64,000 nucleotides of DNA, from NCBI GenBank assembly GCA_037144045.1, contig JBAWXN010000004.1, forward strand, positions 2,839 to 66,838. Reading direction: 5' to 3'. Below, one piece after another: positions 9,818 to 18,761 of the stretch. The translations under genes and the position numbers were made by a program. This DNA is from a bacterium. Lineage in GTDB: Bacteria > Patescibacteriota > Minisyncoccia > Phycocordibacterales > UBA1006. Each line of letters starts with the position of its first letter. Positions within the stretch are counted from its first letter, which is position 1. A model generated the notes under the pieces. It made no database searches and was not told the DNA's origin. It worked only from the letters and a program-made list of their open reading frames with translations.

Positions 9818-10915
9818 TTATAACAACTTTATAACGTCTTTTACCGTAATTACGAGCATTAATAGAAGTAGTAAGACAAATCCTGCTCCGTTTACCCATT
9901 CCACAAATTTCTTAGGGAGAGGTCGACGAATAATCGCTTCGATAATTACAAACACAATTCGTCCACCATCAAGGGCTGGAAACGGAAGAATGTTAATAAT
10001 TGCTAAGTTCACAGAAATAATTGCAATTACCATCAACAATGAAGTAAATCCAACTTGTTCTGCTTCACCTATTATTTTAGTAAGTCCTACTGGTCCAGAA
10101 ATAGTATTAAGGTTTACATTACCTGAAATAAGACGCACAAAAGCCTGCCCAGTACTTTCAACAACACGCACCGTCGTAGTAAATCCTTGGCTAAGTGAAG
10201 TAAAGAATGAAAGTCCTGGCTGGTATCCCACCTGATCAACCGCAACACCAATAGCAACATGATCAGCAACGATTCCTGTTTTAGGAGTAAGCACAATATC
10301 TTTCACCGTATCACCTCGCGTTACAGAAACCGTTATTGCATCTTGCTCAGTTCCCGATTGGATAAAAGTTGTGAACGCAGCTACGTCAGGATTTACCAAG
10401 ATTGATTTATTACTTGCAATTTTAGTAACAACATCGCCCGTAGCAATACCTGCGGTAGCTGCCGGTGAATTAGGTGCAACATCAAGCACTGTGAGTTGTA
10501 CATCCTTCAATAATTCGGGATGATCTGTTTGTGATGCAAGTGTTGGCGCACCCGCCATAAGCATTCCTGAAAAAATAACCCAGGCTAGAATTACGTTCAT
10601 CGTAACCCCTGCCGCAAGTACTGCAATTTGCTGCCACCACTTTTTAGCAATGAGACTTCTTTTAAAATCTGGATCATTTTTATCAAGAGAGTCTTCACCG
10701 TAAATTTTTACGAACCCCCCAAAAGGAATCCAGTTTAAGGTATAATCAGTTCCTTGGTAAGAAAATAATTTAACCGCGCGCGGGGGAAATCCAAGTCCAA
10801 ATTCATCGACTCGAATACCACACCATTTAGCCACCAAAAAATGACCCAGTTCGTGAACTAATACAATGAGCGCTAGCACTCCTATAAGGAGCAAAATTGA
10901 AATAAAAATTTGCAT
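9818..10915 (-). CDS. rseP: RIP metalloprotease RseP (site-2 protease with PDZ)
   Basis: HELGHF, NWIPFGGFV, NILPFPALDGG. Confidence 0.95.
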   Translation of the reverse strand: MQIFISILLLIGVLALIVLVHELGHFLVAKWCGIRVDEFGLGFPPRAVKLFSYQGTDYTLNWIPFGGFVKIYGEDSLDKNDPDFKRSLIAKKWWQQIAVLAAGVTMNVILAWVIFSGMLMAGAPTLASQTDHPELLKDVQLTVLDVAPNSPAATAGIATGDVVTKIASNKSILVNPDVAAFTTFIQSGTEQDAITVSVTRGDTVKDIVLTPKTGIVADHVAIGVAVDQVGYQPGLSFFTSLSQGFTTTVRVVESTGQAFVRLISGNVNLNTISGPVGLTKIIGEAEQVGFTSLLMVIAIISVNLAIINILPFPALDGGRIVFVIIEAIIRRPLPKKFVEWVNGAGFVLLLLLMLVITVKDVIKLL

Positions 10916-10918
10916 AGA

Positions 10919-11461
10919 TTAGACTGTGGTAATATCAGATTCTTTTTTAGTAAATAATTCTTCGAGTTTATTGTTAATGTCGTCAACATGTTTCTGGAGG
11001 TCTTCTTTCGCTCGGAATGCATCGTCTTCTGACTTTTCTGTTTCAGCAATGTCTTTATCAGTCGTTTGACGTTCAAGGCGTACCTTCACGCGCGCCTCTT
11101 CAAGTTTTTCTTTACAGAGTTTTACGAGTGACAATTTACTTTCTGCGGTAAGTTGAGGTACTGAAATACGGAGTCCTGAACTATCTACTGTTACAGATAA
11201 TGGAAGTCCTGAGTCTCGGATTGCGGTTTCAATACTTTTAATAACTCCCTTATCCCAAGGAGTAACACGAATCGTACGGAGTTCTTCAATGGTAACTGAC
11301 GCAACATTTTTGATTGGTTGATAGGTACCATAGGATTCAACATTAATTGAATCAAGAAGACTTGGATTTGCTCGTCCTGTAGAAATTTGTGAAAATTCTT
11401 TCTTGAGCCATTCTTCAATACCAGTAAATGCTTGTTTAAGCGGTGAAAAGTTATATGCCAT
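10919..11461 (-). CDS. frr: ribosome recycling factor
   Basis: STGRANPSLLD, PQLTAE; adjacent to rseP. Confidence 0.95.
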   Translation of the reverse strand: MAYNFSPLKQAFTGIEEWLKKEFSQISTGRANPSLLDSINVESYGTYQPIKNVASVTIEELRTIRVTPWDKGVIKSIETAIRDSGLPLSVTVDSSGLRISVPQLTAESKLSLVKLCKEKLEEARVKVRLERQTTDKDIAETEKSEDDAFRAKEDLQKHVDDINNKLEELFTKKESDITTV

Positions 11462-11558
11462 ATGTGCTTATACTAGCACGATTTCACTAAGTTTTCCAAT
11501 ATTCTTTTCAGGATAATGGCAATAAAAAAACCAGTGCACGAGGCACTGGAAGTAATTT

Positions 11559-11951
11559 TCACTTTATATAAATTTCAAAAGAAAAGAATAGTTCATCATC
11601 TTCATGGGGACCAGATTCTGTTTTCTTAATATTTCGTATAAAATAGTTTTTGTAATTTTTTTCTGAAACGCCTTTGGCTTTGAGTATTTCGCGCTTACAG
11701 AGTTCAGAAAGTTGGTTTTCATCCATAGAAAAACTCAGAATTGTCTCTCGAGTACCTAAATCAGTTTTTAACTGTTCTTTTGCTTTATATGTTACTGTAG
11801 ATAACATATTTGCTGAAACAGGACCCCATATAAGGATAAACTCCTCAACAGGTTTTACCGTATTAGTAAACGACTGGCTACGTGCAAATTGCACCGCGTT
11901 TAAAATGATTATTTTAAGCTGTTGGTACGTGTATGAATGTTTTCCAAGCAT
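11559..11951 (-). CDS. hypothetical protein
   Basis: 130-aa ORF with downstream hairpin CCAGTGC...GCACTGG. Confidence 0.55.
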   Translation of the reverse strand: MLGKHSYTYQQLKIIILNAVQFARSQSFTNTVKPVEEFILIWGPVSANMLSTVTYKAKEQLKTDLGTRETILSFSMDENQLSELCKREILKAKGVSEKNYKNYFIRNIKKTESGPHEDDELFFSFEIYIK

Positions 11952-11997
11952 GGTGTGAATTTTGCATATTAAAACACAAATTCAACTAAAAAGCAAC

Positions 11998-12659
11998 CTA
12001 CCCTTTTGGGCACACTATAGCTAAGAAATCTAAAATGATTCGGTGTGAACTTCCTCGTGTCGAGGCGTATTCGTGCATTTTACGAATATCGGCAAATAAT
12101 TGCTCATCACGGTTCCCCTGTTCCCATAATTTCTTCTCAAGAAGATCTATAAACGTAAGCACTTCTGTTTTAGTAACATTGTCTTCATCTTTTTTATTTT
12201 TAGTCCATGATTCAATAAAAGCAAACCGATCATTGGTCGACTTTTTTAAAAAATCATCAACAGTAATACGTGAAGTTCCCCGATCAGTATTTCCTGAAAT
12301 AACCTGACATCGGGAAAGAATGGTTGGTAATAGCTGATCAGTACTCGGGATAACTACAACAACATACGTACATGTGGTTCTTCTATTGTTTTGAGTAATC
12401 TATTTTGTACTTGAGCATCCATGCGATCGCAAGAAATAATACAGATTCTACATTCTGAAACCTTTTGTGAGGAAAGCAGAGAAACTATTTTTTCAACATC
12501 ATCTGTAAGGAGTTGTTCATCATTAAAAATATACACGTCAGGATTTCCTTGAATCGAAATTCCCTGCTCGCTCAAAAACAACTTGAACTGCTCAAGGTTC
12601 TTTTCTCGATTTCCTGTAATAATTGTTGCATGACTCAAAGTATCTAACATTCCAAACAT
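11998..12659 (-). pseudogene. holB: DNA polymerase III delta' (HolB-like), frameshifted near 12370
   Basis: First frame ...QNRLLKTIEEPH; second frame continues TYVVVVIPSTDQLLPTILSRCQV... to TAG at 11998-12000. Confidence 0.75.
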
Positions 12660-12698
12660 ATCCTCTATCCTATCAAAAAAGCCGCGGCTACGCGACTA

Positions 12699-12929
12699 TT
12701 ACATTTTACTTTCAAGTGCTCTAATTCTCGATCCGTGATTTACCTCCATCCTTTCAAGTCGATTTTCTATTCGGTCAAAGCGCGCGTCCATAATACTAAA
12801 GCCTTGCATCATGAGCGTCTGGAGACTGTCAACTTTTTGATCAATCTTACAAGAAAGCTTCGTTCCCAGCCGTTCTTCAGATTCCCTGATGAGTTCTGCA
12901 ATTTTTTCGAGAGTAACTTCTTCTTTCAT
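12699..12929 (-). CDS. small coiled-coil hypothetical protein
   Basis: Heptad pattern (RFDRIENRLERME...RIRALE); TATAAT just upstream of the ATG. Confidence 0.65.
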   Translation of the reverse strand: MKEEVTLEKIAELIRESEERLGTKLSCKIDQKVDSLQTLMMQGFSIMDARFDRIENRLERMEVNHGSRIRALESKM

Positions 12930-13001
12930 GAGGATAATTATATACACTAAAAAACCGCATGCAACTGCGATTTTTGGGCGAGTTTAGAAAAAATTTATTT
13001 C

Positions 13002-14015
13002 CTATTTCGTAGCAAGTAGCGCACGATTATAGGTATCCATATGATCAAGCGCGACTCCGATTCCTTTAGCAACACAGTAGAGCGGGTCTTCTGCAAGTAC
13101 CGCCTTTACTCCTGTTTTGCGATATACCAAATCAGTAAGGTTGCGCAGTTGTGATGATCCCCCAGTCATTACAATACCATTATCAATAATATCAGCAGCA
13201 AGTTCTGGAAGTGTTTGCTGGAGCACATCCTTAATTGCATCAATGATTTTCAACAATTCGCTATCAATAGCACGGACAATTTCATTAGTTGAAATTTTTA
13301 CAGAACGAGGAAGTCCGGTTACATAATCGCGTCCTTTAATAATAAGTTCAAGTTCTTCTTCGAGTGGAATTGCAGCACCAATTTTAATTTTAATTTTTTC
13401 AGCAGTTCGATCGCCGATAGCAAGGTTGTAGTGTTTTTTAATGTAATCAGTAATCGCTCGGTCAATTTTGTTTCCTGCACATTTTACTGAAGTACATGCT
13501 TGAATAGATCCCAATGAAATGACTGCAACGTCAGTAGTTCCTCCACCAATATCTACTACCATGTGACCATGCGGTTCATTAATAGGAATACCTGCACCAA
13601 TAGCGGCAACAATAGGTTCACGCACCACGTGAGCCACTTTAGCACCAGCTTTAATAGCCGCTTCTACTACGGCACGTCGTTCCGTAGAGGTTACCCCAGC
13701 TGGAACAGAAATCATTACTTCTGGTTTTATGAACCCCATTCCCCCAAGTGCCTTTTTCATAAAATAGCGCAGCATGGCTTCGGTTACTCGATAATCTGCA
13801 ATTACCCCATCGCGCATAGGTCGGTACGCAATAATTGAATCAGGTGTTTTTCCAAGCATGGCTCGGGCATCAGACCCAATAGCAAGTATTTGATTGTCGT
13901 ATTCCGAAATAGCCACCACTGACGGCTCATTAATTACAATCCCTTTTCCAGGAACATATACCAAGACGTTTGCCGTCCCGAGGTCAATACCGAGTTTTTT
14001 CGAGAAGAATCCCAT
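13002..14015 (-). CDS. mreB: rod shape-determining protein MreB
   Basis: GIDLGTAN, EPSVVA, VDIGGGTTD, MTGGSS. Confidence 0.97.
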   Translation of the reverse strand: MGFFSKKLGIDLGTANVLVYVPGKGIVINEPSVVAISEYDNQILAIGSDARAMLGKTPDSIIAYRPMRDGVIADYRVTEAMLRYFMKKALGGMGFIKPEVMISVPAGVTSTERRAVVEAAIKAGAKVAHVVREPIVAAIGAGIPINEPHGHMVVDIGGGTTDVAVISLGSIQACTSVKCAGNKIDRAITDYIKKHYNLAIGDRTAEKIKIKIGAAIPLEEELELIIKGRDYVTGLPRSVKISTNEIVRAIDSELLKIIDAIKDVLQQTLPELAADIIDNGIVMTGGSSQLRNLTDLVYRKTGVKAVLAEDPLYCVAKGIGVALDHMDTYNRALLATK

Positions 14016-14072
14016 ATGTCCGAAAGTACCACAAACCGACAAAAAAAACCACCCTTGACGGGTGGTTCGTAA

Positions 14073-15485
14073 CTAATCAACAAGCTCAATATCCGCTCCA
14101 CTATCTATAAATTTTTGCACGAAATCTGGCGACCTGCGCAGTAACGGTCCAATGTCGGCAATAATAGTCTTTCCGGTACGACCGAGCGCCACAGAAAATA
14201 ATGCACGCGTCCCTTCGATAACTGGCACACCTGGGATGGTAACTTCATTTCCATGTTCACGAACAAAATATTCTTCTTCGTTATCTGCAGATCCGGTAAT
14301 AGAAATCTTCTGTGTGCCAAATTCTGTTGGAAATAATACTATCGAAGCACCGAGCTGATTCATCTGCTCGACATAACCAAGACCGTCTTCGTACATCCAG
14401 TTATTTACCACCGTTGAAATTGCAGTATAAGCACTCGCACTTGCAAGAGCAATAAAACTTGGCAAGCAATCAACCGGAAATCCAGGCCATGGCCGTGGAT
14501 TCATTTTCCAAGCAATATCATTTGCTTTTGAAAATCCATCTATGGGCGCATAAACACTTTCAATGCCGCGTATCATAACTCCATCACTTCGTACTTCGCA
14601 GTGAATTCCTGTTTTTACGAGAAACTCTACCATGGAACGAATTGCGATTGTTGGTAAACAGTTCAAGAACACATCACTCCGGGTAAGTACTGCCGTTACT
14701 GCAGTACCGTAGAAATCAACATGATCAGGCTCTTCCTGAAAATCATATTCAAATCCTTTTATCTTCCCAAAACAACCCTTCACCGTAAGCACACTTCCCT
14801 TGCCTTCAATGGTCACTCCCATCATACGGAGTATTTTCACCAAACATTCAACATGGGGTTCGTGCGCAATGCCTTGGACCTCAACATCAAACTTAGTAAC
14901 TATACTCAATAACATAAGCAAGTTTTCAGTAGGAGTTACTGATGCCTCAGAAAAAATAAACGTTTTGCGAGTGGTTTCAGAAGAAAATTGGACTAAGTCA
15001 TTACTTTTCAACTTACTCTGATCAACCCCAAACTGAATGCGCGGAACATCACCTGTTTCTTTTGGTGACTTAAATGCACAATTAACCCCAAGTTGTTCAA
15101 GGTAATAGATGTGGTCTTCTGGTCCACGATATCCCAACTTGCAACCAATGGCAACCGGGACGTTTGCATAACCAAATCGAGCGAGCAGTGGACCAACAAA
15201 TAATATTGCTGACTGAATATCCGCAACACATTGCGAAATCGCTTGCGAGGTAATATTTTTACAACAAACCATTAATGTATCATCAGTCCATTGATACGTT
15301 CCGCCAATCTGCTGAATGGCTTCAAGTATTTTTAATACATCAGGACTTTTCGGCACGTGATGCAAAATACATTCCTCCTCAGTAAGAAGTGTTGCGCAAA
15401 GCACCGGCAACATAGCATTTTTATTGGGGGTTATTGTAATGGTTCCCGATAATTTTTTTCCGCCATTAATAACTAATTTTGCCAT
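14073..15485 (-). CDS. murA: UDP-N-acetylglucosamine 1-carboxyvinyltransferase (divergent)
   Basis: LVINGGKKLSGTI..NKNA, GPLLARFG, GCKLGYR, ASVTPTEN, PWPGFPVD. Confidence 0.85.
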   Translation of the reverse strand: MAKLVINGGKKLSGTITITPNKNAMLPVLCATLLTEEECILHHVPKSPDVLKILEAIQQIGGTYQWTDDTLMVCCKNITSQAISQCVADIQSAILFVGPLLARFGYANVPVAIGCKLGYRGPEDHIYYLEQLGVNCAFKSPKETGDVPRIQFGVDQSKLKSNDLVQFSSETTRKTFIFSEASVTPTENLLMLLSIVTKFDVEVQGIAHEPHVECLVKILRMMGVTIEGKGSVLTVKGCFGKIKGFEYDFQEEPDHVDFYGTAVTAVLTRSDVFLNCLPTIAIRSMVEFLVKTGIHCEVRSDGVMIRGIESVYAPIDGFSKANDIAWKMNPRPWPGFPVDCLPSFIALASASAYTAISTVVNNWMYEDGLGYVEQMNQLGASIVLFPTEFGTQKISITGSADNEEEYFVREHGNEVTIPGVPVIEGTRALFSVALGRTGKTIIADIGPLLRRSPDFVQKFIDSGADIELVD

Positions 15486-15581
15486 ATTCTTTCAATTTTT
15501 AGGTACATAATAATAGCCATCAAATCGACAATACCACATCTATTTCGTTTTTCAAGAATAGTTACATTGAAACACAAGAAA

Positions 15582-16496
15582 TCACAACTCGGCAATTAAT
15601 CTTTTTGCAAAATCTTGAATCGGGAAATACGTTCCTGGATTAATGGTTTTAGTAACCGAAAAAACTACTATGATATAGTTTCGCCCATCGGGAAGCGCTG
15701 CAACACCTGCATCGTTACTCCATCTAATAATTGCCCAACCCTTCTTAATAATCGCCTTAAGAAGTGACAATATTCCATGATTATAGAGATTCGTTTCAAG
15801 CCAGCCACCTTTTGCATAATAATGTGAAAATTGGTCTGGTAACCATAAACCAAGCTTTGATTGTCTATTAAATTGAGTCATGTATTCTTTTAATTTTTGA
15901 GACACAAAAGGACTCACCAACTTCCCCTTTTCTACCAAGTAGAAAAATTCCGCAAAATGGCGTGAACAAGACATGGTGGTGCTTGAAAATTGATAGGGTT
16001 TTTCTTCTTTTATTCTATCTAAAAATTTTCGAGTTACCTCGCTCCCATGCCAATTATTTTTGTAAATAATATTTTCAGTAATTGATTCACGTCCAACAAG
16101 ATCAATTAAACAATTTGAGGCCGTGTTATCTGAACGAGTTAACATAAGATCTAATAACTGATCAATACTCACTTCTTCTCCTGCGCTGAGCAATTTACGG
16201 GTATCACCTGGAAAAATACGCGCATCTTTGTCTACATCATTAGGTGCTTTAACAATAATTTTTTGCGCCAATGTAACATCACCTATTTCTATGCGTCGTA
16301 ATACCTCTGCACCAATAAAAACTTTATACATACTGGCAGGATAAATAAAATGGTCCAAATTATAACCAAAAATTTCTGGTTCAGACTGGTTTAAGTCAAC
16401 CACCGCAAAACTCATTTCATATTCTGAAATAAGGTCCTTAAAAACACTCTGAAGTTCGGCACTTCTTGTTTTATTTTCAGTGAGAATTCTTGTCAT
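15582..16496 (-). CDS. serine hydrolase, class A beta-lactamase fold
   Basis: PASMYK (SxxK), SDN, KGG (KTG-like), NDAGV. Confidence 0.8.
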   Translation of the reverse strand: MTRILTENKTRSAELQSVFKDLISEYEMSFAVVDLNQSEPEIFGYNLDHFIYPASMYKVFIGAEVLRRIEIGDVTLAQKIIVKAPNDVDKDARIFPGDTRKLLSAGEEVSIDQLLDLMLTRSDNTASNCLIDLVGRESITENIIYKNNWHGSEVTRKFLDRIKEEKPYQFSSTTMSCSRHFAEFFYLVEKGKLVSPFVSQKLKEYMTQFNRQSKLGLWLPDQFSHYYAKGGWLETNLYNHGILSLLKAIIKKGWAIIRWSNDAGVAALPDGRNYIIVVFSVTKTINPGTYFPIQDFAKRLIAEL

Positions 16497-16993
16497 GATG
16501 ATTGTGTCCAGAAACCATTAAGTTCTCGCTTGCCTGCAAGGTATTCTTCAATACGCCACTTAGTTGGCTTGGTAATGGTTTCAGGTAAAGCAGTTAATGG
16601 AAACCACGCTGCTTTTTGAATTTCAATTTCAAGTTTCGGAATTATTTTATTAGGAGCAGTTGCAACAAAAATAAATACCGTGTCACGCTTACCTTCTGCT
16701 TTTGAGCAGTATTCCCCTAACTGATAATCAGCATCACTTATCATTATTCCTGTTTCCTCACGTAATTCACGGAGTGCACCTTGTGCAGGATTTTCTGTTT
16801 TCTTTATTCCTCCTCCAGGTAAATTCCAATAATTTGATTTCCGAGGTTGGACTAATAATACTTGCTGATCATGCACAACAAGCACCCGTGCACCAAATGT
16901 TACGGGCTTTACAATCCTCCAATACATGCGAACACCGACAAGTGCTGTACTGTACACAATATTTTTTATTGTTTCAATAATGTTATTTTTCAT
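16493..16993 (-). CDS. NUDIX hydrolase
   Basis: LPGGGIKKTENPAQGALRELREETG Nudix box. Confidence 0.9.
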   Translation of the reverse strand: MKNNIIETIKNIVYSTALVGVRMYWRIVKPVTFGARVLVVHDQQVLLVQPRKSNYWNLPGGGIKKTENPAQGALRELREETGIMISDADYQLGEYCSKAEGKRDTVFIFVATAPNKIIPKLEIEIQKAAWFPLTALPETITKPTKWRIEEYLAGKRELNGFWTQSS

Positions 16994-17639
16994 ATTCAGA
17001 TACCGGCCCGTATATGCACGTAGTACGTCCAGTATATACAGCCCACATACGATCACCAAAACAATAATGCCACCATTCACCGGGATACCACACGAACCCA
17101 GCAGACTCCATAGCTTTCCTGAGAATGGTTCGATTTTGTTCTTGTGCTGTAGTGATGTTTCTTGAAAACATCGGACACGTACTTCTTCCTAGTTCATCAG
17201 CTGGTCCATACTCAGTCCCAAAATCAACCATCACACCTTGATCATTAACGAGACATACATCTACTGCGCCACCACACACGTGATTAGTGATTCCTGCTGG
17301 CCTTGCTACTACCAATCCTACTTCTTGATTAATCTGTTCGTCTGACCAATCTGGATTTTCAGATTTCACCACACTCCATTTTCTTTCCCATGCTTGCTGC
17401 TGCCTCTCAAGCGAACGATACCCATCAAGGAGTTTCAAATATACTCCTTCAGGAAGCTGCTTCTTTACTTGTTCAATTTTTTGAGCAACGGTACCGCGAA
17501 TCTTAAATCCATCATATACCACCAATGACTCATCATTTTCTTGAATAGAAACATGCTCCCAATGTTTTCTAGGAAGTACGTGAATAATCTGACGATATGG
17601 AATAGAGGTAATTCTATAAATCCAGTATGGGATAATCAT
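16983..17639 (-). CDS. D-alanyl-D-alanine dipeptidase (VanX/DdpX, M15 family)
   Basis: DGYRS..RQ, NHVCGGAVD, EWWHY. Confidence 0.85.
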   Translation of the reverse strand: MIIPYWIYRITSIPYRQIIHVLPRKHWEHVSIQENDESLVVYDGFKIRGTVAQKIEQVKKQLPEGVYLKLLDGYRSLERQQQAWERKWSVVKSENPDWSDEQINQEVGLVVARPAGITNHVCGGAVDVCLVNDQGVMVDFGTEYGPADELGRSTCPMFSRNITTAQEQNRTILRKAMESAGFVWYPGEWWHYCFGDRMWAVYTGRTTCIYGPVSEYEK

Positions 17640-17688
17640 GATCAAATTCTAACATAAAAAAACCTACAGGTATTCTGTAGGTTACTGA

Positions 17689-18690
17689 TTATTTCTTTTT
17701 AGTAAACAGTTTTTTAACATATTCAAATACATCATTCCCCGTTAAGGAAATATGTACCTGCGGTAAATCAATATCTTTATGATATTCCCCTAAATAAATC
17801 GCATACATGTTCCCTGCACGTGCGCCATACACATCGGAATACCCATCGCCAATTACTAAACAACGATTAGGAGTCGCGTTCAGCACTTCAGCCGCCTTAA
17901 GGAACACATCAGGTGCAGGCTTTGGATTGGTTACTTCTTCAGCAGATACATAATGTAACCCAAAGTAATCCTTGAGTCGGTATTCTTTCCCGTCTTGTGA
18001 AACGAGCATGCGCTTCATAAGTAAATCAAGGTACCACCGCGGCGATGCCGATGCAATACATATAGGAATACTGTTTTCCTTTAATAACTCAAGGAGTTCG
18101 AACATTCCTGGTATTGCAATGATTTCGTCTTCTTCAAGCATCTTACGCACGATAACCCATTTTTCTTTGTAGAGAATTTCTGGATCTAGGTGTGATGCTA
18201 GTTCTAAAAAAACTTTTTTCGTTGACATCCCAGCATACTTTTTTGAAATCCCTTCAGGAATAACCTTAATGTTATACCTTGCAAGAACCTGTGCCTCTGC
18301 ATTGGCATGGATACGATTCTGAGCATCCACTAACACACCATCAAAATCGAACAGTACTGCATCATACGGAAATTCTGAACGAGAAATAGTATTCCTGCTT
18401 TTAATTCGGTAATACGCAATAACTATTCCAAGCGATACCAACGCAATAAGCATAGTACCGGTGATAGTAAAATACTCACCGTGCAGATACATCCAAACAG
18501 ACGAATTAAGGTTCATAAAAAAGAATCCGAGATATGATTTTACCTCTATTCCTTGATAATGTTTTGTTTTAATCAAGTGTCGTAGTTGTAATGCAAAAAA
18601 GTATGCCGAAACAAACCATCCTGCAGTAAAAATCCAGTTACATAAAGTCGTCAATCCTTGAACGACGTCAATCCATAGGAGTATATTCAT
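17689..18690 (-). CDS. PQ-loop/SemiSWEET-like 3-TM domain fused to HAD-IA phosphatase
   Basis: N-terminal TMs with QLRHLIKTKHYQGIE; HAD motifs DFDGVLVD, SAS, KPAPDVF, GDGYSD. Confidence 0.75.
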   Translation of the reverse strand: MNILLWIDVVQGLTTLCNWIFTAGWFVSAYFFALQLRHLIKTKHYQGIEVKSYLGFFFMNLNSSVWMYLHGEYFTITGTMLIALVSLGIVIAYYRIKSRNTISRSEFPYDAVLFDFDGVLVDAQNRIHANAEAQVLARYNIKVIPEGISKKYAGMSTKKVFLELASHLDPEILYKEKWVIVRKMLEEDEIIAIPGMFELLELLKENSIPICIASASPRWYLDLLMKRMLVSQDGKEYRLKDYFGLHYVSAEEVTNPKPAPDVFLKAAEVLNATPNRCLVIGDGYSDVYGARAGNMYAIYLGEYHKDIDLPQVHISLTGNDVFEYVKKLFTKKK

Positions 18691-18761
18691 ATTGTAAATT
18701 TACAACACAATACCACATATATAGTAAAAATCAATAATCTATATTATGGTATAGTACCCCT

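Noticed and set aside
12035-12307. 90-aa + strand ORF
   Set aside because: Antisense to the frameshifted C-terminal half of holB
15582-17639. Antibiotic resistance locus (bla or van cluster)
   Set aside because: No vanH/vanA/vanRS genes; the serine hydrolase has no clear Glu166 omega-loop motif and has KGG instead of KTG
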